DNA from: a virus
Taxonomy: Duplodnaviria; Caudoviricetes
Strand: one strand, 5' to 3'
Length of the DNA stretch: 56,539 nt
IMG/VR virus record: IMGVR_UViG_3300010052_000139
Span: 1 to 56,539 of that record
Shown: piece after piece, positions 17,466-26,943 of the stretch
How the letters are laid out: every line of letters starts with the position of its first letter
Position numbering within the stretch: position 1 is the first letter of the stretch
The notes under the pieces: model-generated
Seen by the model: only the letters and a program-made list of their open reading frames with translations
What the model was told of the DNA's origin: nothing
Databases searched by the model: none
Translations under genes and position numbers: made by a program

Positions 17466-19573
17466 GCTTTCATGATCCGCGGTTGCGATTTCCGCTGTTA
17501 CCTGCCGGCAGCAAAGTGCTGTTCGGCGGTTTCGCAGCGGCAACGCGGCCGAGCGAGGATCTGACTGTCAGCGAATGGGCCGATCGGTATCGCGTCGTAT
17601 CCGCTGAATCGGGGTCGCCGTGGCCAGGCGAATTTCGTACCGCGCGCGTCCCGTATTTGCGTGAGCCGCAGGATTGTCTGCATCCGGATCATCCGGCGCG
17701 GCGCATCACGGCGCGCTGGTCCGCACAGCTCGGCAAGTCGACCGCGATCGAGAACTGGTTCGGCTTTATTGTCGACCGCGCACCAGGCACGATGATGATC
17801 GTGCTGCCGACGCTGGAAGAGGCAACGAAGTTCAATCGGGTCAAACTCGATCCGACGATCGATGCGTCGACCAAGTGGAAACACAAGGTCGCGCCGGTCA
17901 ACAGCCGGGACGAGAAGGCGTCCACGACGGCTTACAAGCGTTATGCCGGCGGCTTCTGCGTCATCGTCAATGCGGGCTCATCGAAAGGCCTGCAGATGGT
18001 GTCCATCAAGTACCTGGCGATGGACGAGGTCACCGGCTATCCGCGCGACGTTGATGGCCGCGGCAGTCCCCGGGATCAGGCGAGGGCACGGCAAAAGGCT
18101 TACGGCGATCTCGCCAAGGAATGGCAGGGATCGACGCCCGGAATTGCCGGCGAGTGCGCGATCACGGCGGACTTCGAAAGCGGCGACCAGCGTTACTACT
18201 ACGTTCCGTGTCCGCATTGCCGCGGGTTTCAGGCGCTCGATTTCGATCAAATGCGCCCTGCCGCGGACGGAAGCGCGGCGCACATGCGCTGCCGGTCATG
18301 CGATGGCGTCATTCTCGACGGCCACAAGCACGACATGCTCGCGGCAGGGGTATGGATCGCGCGCCGTGTGCGTGAAGGCTGCGATCCGGTGCCGGAGTTT
18401 ATCAAGCCGGAGGACGTTGCGACGTGGCAGTGCCCGCCGTGCGAAGGCCGCTGCAGCGAATGGCAGCCCAGCTACCATTTGTGGGCCGCTTACGCGCCAC
18501 GCGAGCGCTTCGCCGATATCTGGGCGCGCTGGGAAGCGGCGCAGGGCGACACGACAAAGCTGCGGGTGTTCTACCAGCAGGATCTTGCCGAACCCTACGA
18601 TCCGGGTGGCGTTGCGGTTGAGTGGGAGGAAATCCTCAAGGCGGCCCGCAAGCAGACGTATCCGCGCGGCAAGGTGCCGGCCGAAGCCGGGATGTTGGTC
18701 TCAGCGGCGGACGTCCAAGGCTACGGCATCAAGTGGGCCGCCTATGCGATCGGTCCGCTCGGTCAGCGATGGCTGATCGACCGCGATGTGTTCATGGGCG
18801 CGCCGGATCAGGTGGACGATCCTTGGATCGCGCTGTCGGACGCGCTGGGGCGGACGTACGAGACTGCCGGCAACGGACGGATCGGCATCGATCTGTCCGG
18901 TGTCGACTCCGGTTTCGCGACTGATCGGGTTTATCGGTTCTGCGCCAATCGTCCGAACGTCTATGCGCTCGACGGGCGGCATCAGGCCGGACTGCCCTGG
19001 CTCGGCACGCCGGTGAAGAAGGACATCCGCGATCACCGTAAGCGGATCATTGCCAAGGTGCTGCTCTATCCGGTCGGCAACTACGACGTCAAAACAGCGG
19101 TCATGGCGTCGCTCGCCAATTTCATGGGTGGGCCGAACGAAGCGGGGCGCTGGCCGCGCAATACGCTGCATCTGACGCCGGAGCTCTGCGACGAGGAGTT
19201 CGCCAAGGAAATCACGGCGGAGCGCCTGGTCGATCCTGACGAGGAGGCGCGCGCCGCCATCGCCCGTCGTGCACGACGGCTGATCAAGCCGAATGCGCCA
19301 CGCGAGTGGAAGCGCATCATCGGCCGTCCGAACGACTGGTTCGACGTTACTGTCTATTCGTATGCGCTCGCGTGGCACCTCGAGCACAAGCGCCGCCTCA
19401 ACGACGCGCGCTGGGCCGAGCTACTGCTCAAAGTGCATGAGCAGCCGACGGCGCCCGACCTGTTCGATGCGGCCGCGCAAGATGTGTTCAGCCGGCAACG
19501 TCCGCCGGCTTCGCCTGAAGCGGTCGCCGCCGAAAAGGAGGCGCGCCGCAAGAAATGGAAGCACCGCAGGTGA
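17462..19573 (+). CDS. Terminase large subunit, lambda GpA family
   Basis: VSEWAD, PYLREPQD, Walker A SAQLGKS, Walker B YLAMDEV, STP, YYVPCPHC, nuclease ADVQ/VDSG. Confidence 0.95.
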   Translation: MSFHDPRLRFPLLPAGSKVLFGGFAAATRPSEDLTVSEWADRYRVVSAESGSPWPGEFRTARVPYLREPQDCLHPDHPARRITARWSAQLGKSTAIENWFGFIVDRAPGTMMIVLPTLEEATKFNRVKLDPTIDASTKWKHKVAPVNSRDEKASTTAYKRYAGGFCVIVNAGSSKGLQMVSIKYLAMDEVTGYPRDVDGRGSPRDQARARQKAYGDLAKEWQGSTPGIAGECAITADFESGDQRYYYVPCPHCRGFQALDFDQMRPAADGSAAHMRCRSCDGVILDGHKHDMLAAGVWIARRVREGCDPVPEFIKPEDVATWQCPPCEGRCSEWQPSYHLWAAYAPRERFADIWARWEAAQGDTTKLRVFYQQDLAEPYDPGGVAVEWEEILKAARKQTYPRGKVPAEAGMLVSAADVQGYGIKWAAYAIGPLGQRWLIDRDVFMGAPDQVDDPWIALSDALGRTYETAGNGRIGIDLSGVDSGFATDRVYRFCANRPNVYALDGRHQAGLPWLGTPVKKDIRDHRKRIIAKVLLYPVGNYDVKTAVMASLANFMGGPNEAGRWPRNTLHLTPELCDEEFAKEITAERLVDPDEEARAAIARRARRLIKPNAPREWKRIIGRPNDWFDVTVYSYALAWHLEHKRRLNDARWAELLLKVHEQPTAPDLFDAAAQDVFSRQRPPASPEAVAAEKEARRKKWKHRR

Positions 19574-21186
19574 GTTTGCTTGATCGGATCATCGGCCGGA
19601 AATCGGTTGCCACCACTGGCACGCCGCCGCGCGCGCGCGCGGGATATCTGCGCGATAGCCGGTCGAAGATCATTTCGACGCGGGCAGCAGCGCTGCGGCC
19701 GCACCGCGATGAGGTCAGGATCGCATGGCGCCGTGCGGCTGGTCTCGCGATGGACCTGATCCAGAATTCCGGTCGGTTGCGTGGCGCGGCCGATCAGGTG
19801 ATCGCCGATACGGTCGGCACCGAGCTGGTGCTCAACCCGCAACCCGACTTCGCGGGTCTTGGCTGGACCGACGCCGAGATCGTGGACTTCGTCCGCACCG
19901 TCAAACGCCGCTGGAAGCACTATGCGTGGAATCCGCGTGAATGCGATGCGCGCGGGAAGTTCACTGTCCCGCAGATGGTCGATATCGCGCTGCGCTGGGA
20001 TATGGCGTTCGGCGAAGTGCTTGGCGTGCTCAGCTATATGAAGCCTGCGGAGCGCCGTCGCTACGGCATCCGTACCGGCACCAAGATGTGCATGGTGACC
20101 CCGACCAAGCTGGTGCAGGACACCAACGAGATCGAGGGCTTGTTCCAAGGCGTGATTCACGACGCCAATGGCCGCCCGGTCGCGTACCGGATTCAGGAGA
20201 AGGAATCCGGGTTGATCGTGAAGCGCGATCATCGGGCGTTCGACGCCGACGGACGTCAGATCGTTGTTCACGTGTTCGATCCGATGGACGCCTGCGACGT
20301 GCGCGGCATCAGCCGCCTCGCTGCCGGCTTTCGCCAGCACATCCAGCACGAAGTGCTTGTCGATACGACGATACAGACCGCGATCCTGCAGACGGTGTTT
20401 GCCGCAGTTCTGACCAGCAAGGCGCCGTCAAAGGAAGCGTTCGAGGCGATCGAAGCCGCTGCAAAGGACGATCCGACGCCGGGCACCTTTGGCGTCGAAT
20501 TTCGTGATTACTTTCTGAGCGCACTGGAAAATGCCGCGGAGAGCGAAATTTCGATCAATGGCGATCCGACGGTGTCGCACCTTGCGCCGGACGAGGATCT
20601 AAGGCTGCTCGGTGTGCAGACGCCGGGCCCGCAATTCCTGCCTGTCAGCCGCGAACTGTCGCGCGACATGGCGCGTGCGATCGGAATCACTTTCGGCGGA
20701 CTGACGATGAACCACGAGAACGCGACTTACTCGTCGGTTCGCATGGAAAATTCGTCGATCTGGCCGGTGGTGGTTCGGCGGCGCGAGCGTATTGCGGGGC
20801 CGATTCCGCAGGCGATCTACGAGAACTGGCTCGACGAAGAGGTCGGCGAGGGACGTATCCCGTTCAAGGGTGGATACGATGTGTTCGCCGCCAACCGTGA
20901 TCGGATCAGTTATGCGTTGTGGCAGGGACCGGCCAAGCCGAGCGCGGACGATCTCAAGAGTGCGAAAGCGGCCAGCGAACGCCTCTACAACGGCACCAGC
21001 ACGGTCGCCGACGAATGCGCAGAGAACGGCAAGGATCCTGACGAAGTGTTCGACCAGCGCTTGCGCGAGCATCTTCGCTATGTCCAAGCCGGCATGCCGT
21101 CGCCATTCAAGCGCAATCCGAATCCCAAGGATGACACCTCGGAGGATGCGCCGCCTCCGAATCCGAAGCAGCGCGAGGACGCCTGA
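19570..21186 (+). CDS. Portal protein, lambda family
   Basis: GTG overlapping terL stop; HVFDP...RGIS, NATYSSVR, WLDEEV. Confidence 0.92.
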   Translation: MSLLDRIIGRKSVATTGTPPRARAGYLRDSRSKIISTRAAALRPHRDEVRIAWRRAAGLAMDLIQNSGRLRGAADQVIADTVGTELVLNPQPDFAGLGWTDAEIVDFVRTVKRRWKHYAWNPRECDARGKFTVPQMVDIALRWDMAFGEVLGVLSYMKPAERRRYGIRTGTKMCMVTPTKLVQDTNEIEGLFQGVIHDANGRPVAYRIQEKESGLIVKRDHRAFDADGRQIVVHVFDPMDACDVRGISRLAAGFRQHIQHEVLVDTTIQTAILQTVFAAVLTSKAPSKEAFEAIEAAAKDDPTPGTFGVEFRDYFLSALENAAESEISINGDPTVSHLAPDEDLRLLGVQTPGPQFLPVSRELSRDMARAIGITFGGLTMNHENATYSSVRMENSSIWPVVVRRRERIAGPIPQAIYENWLDEEVGEGRIPFKGGYDVFAANRDRISYALWQGPAKPSADDLKSAKAASERLYNGTSTVADECAENGKDPDEVFDQRLREHLRYVQAGMPSPFKRNPNPKDDTSEDAPPPNPKQREDA

Positions 21187-21449
21187 TGCCGACAACGGTA
21201 CTGATCGACGGCAACACGGTCGATGTCGACGATGCCTGCGCGGTGGCTTCGGCGCTGCGGGCCGCTGAGCTGAAAGTTGCCAGCGGCGGCGGGGTGGTGA
21301 TGACCCGCTTCGACGAAAATCATGAGGTGCGCTGGGGCAGGGCAAACCTCGATCAACTTGGTGAGTTGCGCGCGCGCTACGAACGTGCCTGCGGCGCCAA
21401 CTCCGGCCAACGTACGCGCTACGCCAAGCGCCTGCGGTTTATTCGCTGA
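21186..21449 (+). CDS. Head completion protein (gpW-like)
   Basis: 87 aa; two beta strands then ANLDQLGELRARYE helix. Confidence 0.65.
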   Translation: MPTTVLIDGNTVDVDDACAVASALRAAELKVASGGGVVMTRFDENHEVRWGRANLDQLGELRARYERACGANSGQRTRYAKRLRFIR

Positions 21450-21461
21450 GAGGATCGATAA

Positions 21462-22382
21462 ATGTCGCTCGATTACGATCGGCTGTGCGGCGTGCTTTTC
21501 GAACAGCCGCATCTCTATCACCCGCGCAAGGCGGAAACCTTCATTCGGATGCTGGGGCCGCGCCTCACCGGGCATTCGGTCACCATCGTCAATGGCGAGG
21601 GTGGTGTCGATCATGTCGCTTTTTCCAACGGTCGACCGTCGGCAGGCGTGATTGGAGACGGGCTTGCCCGCAACTTCGACCGTCGTGGTGTGTTGCCGTT
21701 CGACGTCGTCGATGGTGTTGCCATTATCCCGATCGAGGGCACGCTCGTTCAGAAAGGCGGATGGGTCGGCAGTTCATCCGGCGAAACGTCGTATCAGGGC
21801 CTGCAGACGCAGATCGCGCGAGCCAAGCGCCCGGATATCAAGGGTGCGGTTTTTGAAGTCGACTCGTTCGGCGGTATGGTCAATGGCGTGTTCGAGACGG
21901 CGACCGCGGTTCGCGAACTGTCGGCGATGAAGCCGACCATCGCCATTCTGACCGACTTCGCCTATTCGGCGGCCTATCTGCTCGCCAGCCAGGCACGACA
22001 GATCGTCATGCCGGAGTTTGGCGGCGCAGGTTCGATTGGCGCCGTCATGCTGCATGCCGATTGGAGCGGCAATCTCGCCAAGGAAGGCGTCAAGATCACC
22101 TTTATCCAGTCGGGTGAGCACAAGACGGATGGCAATCCGTTCGAAACGCTCCCCGCTGGCCTGCTCGATCGCTGGCAGATGCAGACTGACGCGATCCGAG
22201 ACCGTTTTGCCGAGGCCGTTGGCAAAGGCCGCGGCAAGCGCATGACCAAGGCGCAGGCGCTGAAGACCGAAGCCAAGTTCTACGGCGCGAAAGATGCGCT
22301 GGATCTCGGTCTGGTCGACGTAATCGGTGACGGTCAGGCGGCATTCGCCGCCTTCATCAAGGAAGTCAATCGGAGATCCTGA
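21462..22382 (+). CDS. S49 prohead maturation protease (gpC-like)
   Basis: VAIIPIEGTLV, VDSFGG, AYSAAYLLAS, GSIG, SGEHKTDGNPF. Confidence 0.93.
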   Translation: MSLDYDRLCGVLFEQPHLYHPRKAETFIRMLGPRLTGHSVTIVNGEGGVDHVAFSNGRPSAGVIGDGLARNFDRRGVLPFDVVDGVAIIPIEGTLVQKGGWVGSSSGETSYQGLQTQIARAKRPDIKGAVFEVDSFGGMVNGVFETATAVRELSAMKPTIAILTDFAYSAAYLLASQARQIVMPEFGGAGSIGAVMLHADWSGNLAKEGVKITFIQSGEHKTDGNPFETLPAGLLDRWQMQTDAIRDRFAEAVGKGRGKRMTKAQALKTEAKFYGAKDALDLGLVDVIGDGQAAFAAFIKEVNRRS

Positions 22383-22384
22383 CG

Positions 22385-22924
22385 ATGGCCAGAAGCCTTT
22401 TGGCCGCCGTCCACAACGCCGTTGTGGGCGCGGTCGACGACACCCTCGACGAGGGTGACACCGGCGCCCCGGCGCTCAATGCAAACCAGAAGGATGGCAC
22501 GATGTCGAAAGACAACACGCCTGCCGGCGGCGATCAGAATTCAGCCGGCATTACGAAAGCCGAACACGAGACCGCGGTGAATGCGGCACGCGAGAACGGC
22601 AAGACCGAGGGCGCCAAGGCGGCGACCGATCGCCTTGTCGCGGCGCTTGGCGCCGAAGGCGTCAAAGGCGATGCCGCGCGAATGTCCGCCGCGCTCGATC
22701 TCGCGGCGAAGTCACCGGCGATGTCGGGCGAAGATGTCGCGGCGTTCGTCGTCGGCAATGTCTCGGCGACCGCCGCCAAGCCGGCGGCCTCGGAGGCTTA
22801 CGCTGCCAAGCGCACGGCGGCGGCAGGTCTTGCGCAGCCGGAGGGCCGCAGCGAACGCAAGAGCGCAACCATCGACCGCAACGGCATCTATGCGTCGCGG
22901 CGCAAGCAGACCCAGGAGGGTTGA
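22385..22924 (+). CDS. Scaffolding protein (Nu3-like)
   Basis: Ala-rich helical ORF between protease and decoration protein. Confidence 0.6.
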   Translation: MARSLLAAVHNAVVGAVDDTLDEGDTGAPALNANQKDGTMSKDNTPAGGDQNSAGITKAEHETAVNAARENGKTEGAKAATDRLVAALGAEGVKGDAARMSAALDLAAKSPAMSGEDVAAFVVGNVSATAAKPAASEAYAAKRTAAAGLAQPEGRSERKSATIDRNGIYASRRKQTQEG

Positions 22925-22927
22925 TCC

Positions 22928-23308
22928 ATGGACAACAAAACCGAAGGCGCACGCGATCTTGCCTTTCTGCTCTCCGAGGGCAGCGGCCACATCTCGCGCG
23001 ATGTCGTCACCGTCAAGTCGGGTGCCGGTAAACTGGCTCCGGGCACGGTGCTGGGCCAGATCACGACCGGTGGCAAGTACATTCCGTCGCCGAATGCGCA
23101 GGTCACCGGTTCGGAAGGGGCCGAAACCGGCAAGGCCATTCTCGCCTACGGCGTCGACGCTACCAGCGTCGACATCAATGCCGTCGTCATCCGGCGTATG
23201 GCCGAGGTGAAGTCGTCCATGCTGGTGTTCGATGCGTCCGTCAGCGACGCCGGCAAGATCGCAACCAAGCTCGGCCAGCTCGCCGCGCAAAACATCATCG
23301 CCCGGTAA
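22928..23308 (+). CDS. Head decoration protein (gpD-like)
   Basis: FLLSEGSGHISRD, LAPGTVLGQIT, GAETGKAIL. Confidence 0.88.
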   Translation: MDNKTEGARDLAFLLSEGSGHISRDVVTVKSGAGKLAPGTVLGQITTGGKYIPSPNAQVTGSEGAETGKAILAYGVDATSVDINAVVIRRMAEVKSSMLVFDASVSDAGKIATKLGQLAAQNIIAR

Positions 23309-23318
23309 GGAGGGTCGC

Positions 23319-24332
23319 ATGCCTGAAGTAATTGATATCTGGGATGGTGATGGCTTCACCATCGATTCGCTGACCGCGGCGATCAACAATGAACCTTACC
23401 GCCCCGGTCAGGTTTCGGCGCTCGGCATATTCGAAGAGGATGGCGTCACCACCACGCGCATCTCGATCGAGGAACGCAATGGCAAGCTGTCGCTGGTTGA
23501 GCCCAGCCAGCGCGGTGGCCCCGGCGAGACCACCGGCGATGACAATCGGCGTCTGGTGCCGTTCGACATCGAGCACTACCAGCGCGACGATTCCGTGCTG
23601 GCCGACGAGGTGCAGAATGTTCGGTCGTTCGGCTCCGGCGATCAGTTGGAAACCATTCAGGAACGTGTGGAGCGCAAGGGTATGCGCCATGCCCGCGATT
23701 TGACCATGACGCTGGAGCATCAGCGTGTCGGCGCCATCAAGGGCGTCGTCGCGTCGAAGAGTGGCGCCGTGCTTCACGACCTCTACAATCAGTTCGGTAT
23801 CGCGGCGCCGAGCCCGGTATCGCTTGAGCTGGATGTTGACACCACGATCGTGTCGAACCTGTTTCAAGATGTCATCTATGCCATCGAGGATGCGCTCGAT
23901 GCGCCTTATAGCGGCATCCACGTGTTTACTGGCCGCAGCTTCCATAAGGCGTTGTGGACGCACAAGTCGGTGCGCGAAACCTTCCTTTACAATGGCGGTG
24001 CATCGGTGTTGCGACAGGACGTGCCGGACACGTTCCAGTTTGCCGGTGCGACATGGGAGCGCTACAAGACCGGCGCCAAGGCGACCGCCGATCTCGGTTC
24101 GCCTTATATTGCGGACGCCGAGGCTCGGGTCATCGTCAAGGGCGTGCCGGATCTCTTCATTACCCGGTTCGCGCCGGCGGATTACGAGGAGACCGTCAAT
24201 TCCCTCGGTCTCCCGTTTTATATGCGGCAGTATCCCAAGCTGAATGGTAAGGGCCGCAATATCGAAGTGCAGATGAATGCGATTTCGCTCTGCACCAAGC
24301 CCGCCACCTTGCGCCGGCTGACCCTGACCTGA
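23319..24332 (+). CDS. Major capsid protein (gpE family)
   Basis: LTAAIN..PY.P, ADEVQNVRSFG, TLEHQRVGAIKG, FAPADY.ETVN. Confidence 0.93.
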   Translation: MPEVIDIWDGDGFTIDSLTAAINNEPYRPGQVSALGIFEEDGVTTTRISIEERNGKLSLVEPSQRGGPGETTGDDNRRLVPFDIEHYQRDDSVLADEVQNVRSFGSGDQLETIQERVERKGMRHARDLTMTLEHQRVGAIKGVVASKSGAVLHDLYNQFGIAAPSPVSLELDVDTTIVSNLFQDVIYAIEDALDAPYSGIHVFTGRSFHKALWTHKSVRETFLYNGGASVLRQDVPDTFQFAGATWERYKTGAKATADLGSPYIADAEARVIVKGVPDLFITRFAPADYEETVNSLGLPFYMRQYPKLNGKGRNIEVQMNAISLCTKPATLRRLTLT

Positions 24333-24346
24333 TCGTAGCCGTCTCC

Positions 24347-24378
24347 TGACGCGGCCGGACCCATTGCCGGCCGCGTCA
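24347..24378 (+). other. 12-bp GC-rich hairpin after capsid gene (mRNA stabiliser or weak terminator)
   Basis: TGACGCGGCCGG...CCGGCCGCGTCA. Confidence 0.55.
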
Positions 24379-24413
24379 CCCCTGTTCATCTTGACAATTC
24401 ACGGAGTTGCTCC

Positions 24414-24710
24414 ATGGCCAAGGCCATCCGAGAGATGATGACGATTGCGTTCCCGCGCGGCGGTATTCTCCCGCGCGATATCACCGGAACAGGCGATACG
24501 CCGGTGCAGGCGCACATTCCCGTTGCTGTGCCGCGCTACTACGGCGAGCACCTGATCCACGACCGCTTGGCCTATGAGGTGCAGGCCGACGTCGTGGTCG
24601 CGGGGCCGGCTGGCGATGACAAGACCGGCAAGTCCGCCAGCTCCGATGACGACGCCGACAAGTCCGGCAAGTCTGACGACGATGCCAGCAAGACCGGCAA
24701 GGCCAGCTAA
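24414..24710 (+). CDS. Small virion assembly protein with D/K/S-rich tail
   Basis: Post-capsid position; RBS GGAG. Confidence 0.6.
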   Translation: MAKAIREMMTIAFPRGGILPRDITGTGDTPVQAHIPVAVPRYYGEHLIHDRLAYEVQADVVVAGPAGDDKTGKSASSDDDADKSGKSDDDASKTGKAS

Positions 24711-24715
24711 GCCGC

Positions 24716-25114
24716 ATGAACGCGTACGAACTCGCCTCGTCGAACGGATCACTGGCACTCGATACCGTCTTCGGCGAACGATTTACGTTTCAGGCAATGA
24801 TGGTTGCGCCGGCAGGCGTGAATCATCCGCGCGTGCCTGATACGTCGCGGCCGAATTTCATCGCGAACGGCGTCTTTGTGGCTGCGGCGAAGGCAATCTT
24901 TCCGCACGCGCGCGGGTCGACCGCGGACGATAACGCCCAGCGCACCGCGGTGACCATGCCGCGCGTGTCGGTCGATCGGCGACTGATGGCATGGACCGTG
25001 CAGCAATTCGACCGTGTCACGCGCGAAAAGACTGGCGATACGTTTGAGATTGCAAAAGCTATGCCTGGCGATGCGATGCGGACTCTGTTCTATCTGACGG
25101 CACGGGCACGATGA
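24716..25114 (+). CDS. Head-tail joining protein (gpFII-like)
   Basis: Position; DTVFGE...QFDRVT...FEI beta-barrel pattern. Confidence 0.65.
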   Translation: MNAYELASSNGSLALDTVFGERFTFQAMMVAPAGVNHPRVPDTSRPNFIANGVFVAAAKAIFPHARGSTADDNAQRTAVTMPRVSVDRRLMAWTVQQFDRVTREKTGDTFEIAKAMPGDAMRTLFYLTARAR

Positions 25115-26193
25115 CGCTGGTTCGAACCGCATTGCGTCTGTGCATGGTTGAGGCACTGTCGGGCCAACCGGCAGCGAGGCCGACTATTGCCGAAGAGCGG
25201 TTCTACGACAGCCGTATTGCCGATCTGGCGCCGGAAACTTTCAAGGATGATGCCAAGGCGACTGTTGTGCTTGTAACCGACGAGGACGAAGGCGAGGCGA
25301 CATCGGATCAGAATGGCGGTCCGCCGTTCTTTCGTCGCATCGACGTCGTGCTCGAGCTCGGCATGACGATGGCCGTCAAGGATGGCAACGACTACGTCGT
25401 CGGATATCCAGACACGGATTCGCGTCTCGAAGCGTCGCTGGATTTTCTCGAGTTCCAGATTCTGCGTCGTCTGGCATTCGATCCCGCGCCGCTCAGTGTG
25501 TTGTTTCGGTCGTTCGTACGCATCGTCAAGCATCAGTCCCATCGCCAGGTCTTCGACGATAGCGGGGCGAAACTCGCCGCGCGCTTGCTGGTGCTGACCT
25601 GCGATGTGAATGACGACGACGAGGAGATCGTCAACGCGGCGGATGAGCCGCCGACCGGTTATGCGATCTTTCCGGAACCACTTCGCCGCGTCGCTATGGC
25701 AATTCCGGAAGGATCGGCGGGGCGCAACGTTTGCGATGCGCTGCTTGCCGAATTGTCTCCTCTGTCGGTGCCGTCGCTCGATGGCATGGCCATGAACTTT
25801 GCTGTTGGGGATTCCGGAGATCCTGCATCCATGCTCGACGTGTCGATGGAAATTCGCAGTGCAATGGATATGCCGCAGATTGTCGCGACCGGTAGCGCGG
25901 TCACCATCGATTATGCCAAGGGGACGTTCCAGAACCTCATTCTAGCTGCCGACGTGACGTCAATGGCCGTCATTAACTGGCCGAAGAACGGCAAGACCGG
26001 ACGTCTGATTGTGGAAATCACCAACACTGGAGATTTTGTCATCGCGGCGTGGCCAACCGGCACGGTGTGGTCGGGCGGTGGCGGTGCGCCGGTCATCACC
26101 AAAGGCGCCGGCAAGCGCGACATTGTCGTACTCACGACCGCGATGGCGGGTGCGCCGATCTTCGGAAACGTTGTCGGGCAAGATTACGCTTAA
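25111..26193 (+). CDS. Tail terminator-like protein fused to a fibre-type C-terminal beta domain
   Basis: N-terminal PTIAEERFYDSRI; C-terminal VTIDYAKG...WPTGTVWSGG..AP...GKRDIVVLTT...FGNVVGQ. Confidence 0.6.
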   Translation: MTLVRTALRLCMVEALSGQPAARPTIAEERFYDSRIADLAPETFKDDAKATVVLVTDEDEGEATSDQNGGPPFFRRIDVVLELGMTMAVKDGNDYVVGYPDTDSRLEASLDFLEFQILRRLAFDPAPLSVLFRSFVRIVKHQSHRQVFDDSGAKLAARLLVLTCDVNDDDEEIVNAADEPPTGYAIFPEPLRRVAMAIPEGSAGRNVCDALLAELSPLSVPSLDGMAMNFAVGDSGDPASMLDVSMEIRSAMDMPQIVATGSAVTIDYAKGTFQNLILAADVTSMAVINWPKNGKTGRLIVEITNTGDFVIAAWPTGTVWSGGGGAPVITKGAGKRDIVVLTTAMAGAPIFGNVVGQDYA

Positions 26194-26211
26194 CCTCAAA
26201 AGGGAACTCGC

Positions 26212-26619
26212 ATGTCCATTCAGTTGTCCGTTGCCGTGCGCAATGCGCGCCTCGATGCGATCGAAACCGCCATTGGCGTTTCGGCAAAACTGCAGATCTG
26301 GACCGGATCGATGCCGGCATCATGCGCGACCGCCTCAACCGGCACCAAGCTGCTGGAGGATACGTTGGCGTCGGACTGGGCCGCGAATGCTTCGGGCGGC
26401 TCAAAGAGTTTCAACAACACGCCGATCGCCGGGGTGGGACTCGCGGGCGGCACCGCAGGATACTTCCGCATCGTCGATAACGCCGGAACGACGTGCCATT
26501 TACAAGGCACTGTGACTGCGACGGGTGGCGGCGGCGATATGACCATCGACAATACCTCGATCGCGAACGGCCAGGCAGTCAACGTCACCGGTTTTGCGCT
26601 GACCGACGCCAACGCGTGA
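26212..26619 (+). CDS. Small virion structural protein
   Basis: RNARLDAI...LQIWTG..P...GTAGYFRI...QGTV...GGGDM.ID.TSI..GQ.V pattern. Confidence 0.7.
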   Translation: MSIQLSVAVRNARLDAIETAIGVSAKLQIWTGSMPASCATASTGTKLLEDTLASDWAANASGGSKSFNNTPIAGVGLAGGTAGYFRIVDNAGTTCHLQGTVTATGGGGDMTIDNTSIANGQAVNVTGFALTDANA

Positions 26620-26783
26620 CAGACCGAAGCGAACGTGAGGGGTATTTCCCGCACCATGCTTGCGCGCCTGGTGATGGAGCGCGTGATTGAGCTGCAGTTG
26701 GTGACAGACATCCTCGGTCCGGGTCCGATCAGTTTGCCTAAACAGTCGCGTTATCGCCGGTTTTGTCCATAGGGGAGGAGGCG

Positions 26784-26942
26784 ATGACCGTTGTGACGAC
26801 GTTCCCCGAAGTTGAATTCAGTGTCGCTCGCGTAGTTGAGGAGGAGGTAGCTCATGCCCAGCAGGCGGTTGGGCGTCAGCGGCAATCGGCGGTGTTAACC
26901 ACCAGAGAGGGCGTCTGTACGCTGACAACGGTTTGGGCCTGA
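26784..26942 (+). CDS. 52-aa hypothetical protein not in the ORF track
   Basis: RBS GGAGGAGG, ATG 26784, stop ends 1 nt before next ATG; MTVVTTFPEVEFSVARVVEEEV... Confidence 0.55.
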   Translation: MTVVTTFPEVEFSVARVVEEEVAHAQQAVGRQRQSAVLTTREGVCTLTTVWA

Positions 26943-26943
26943 C

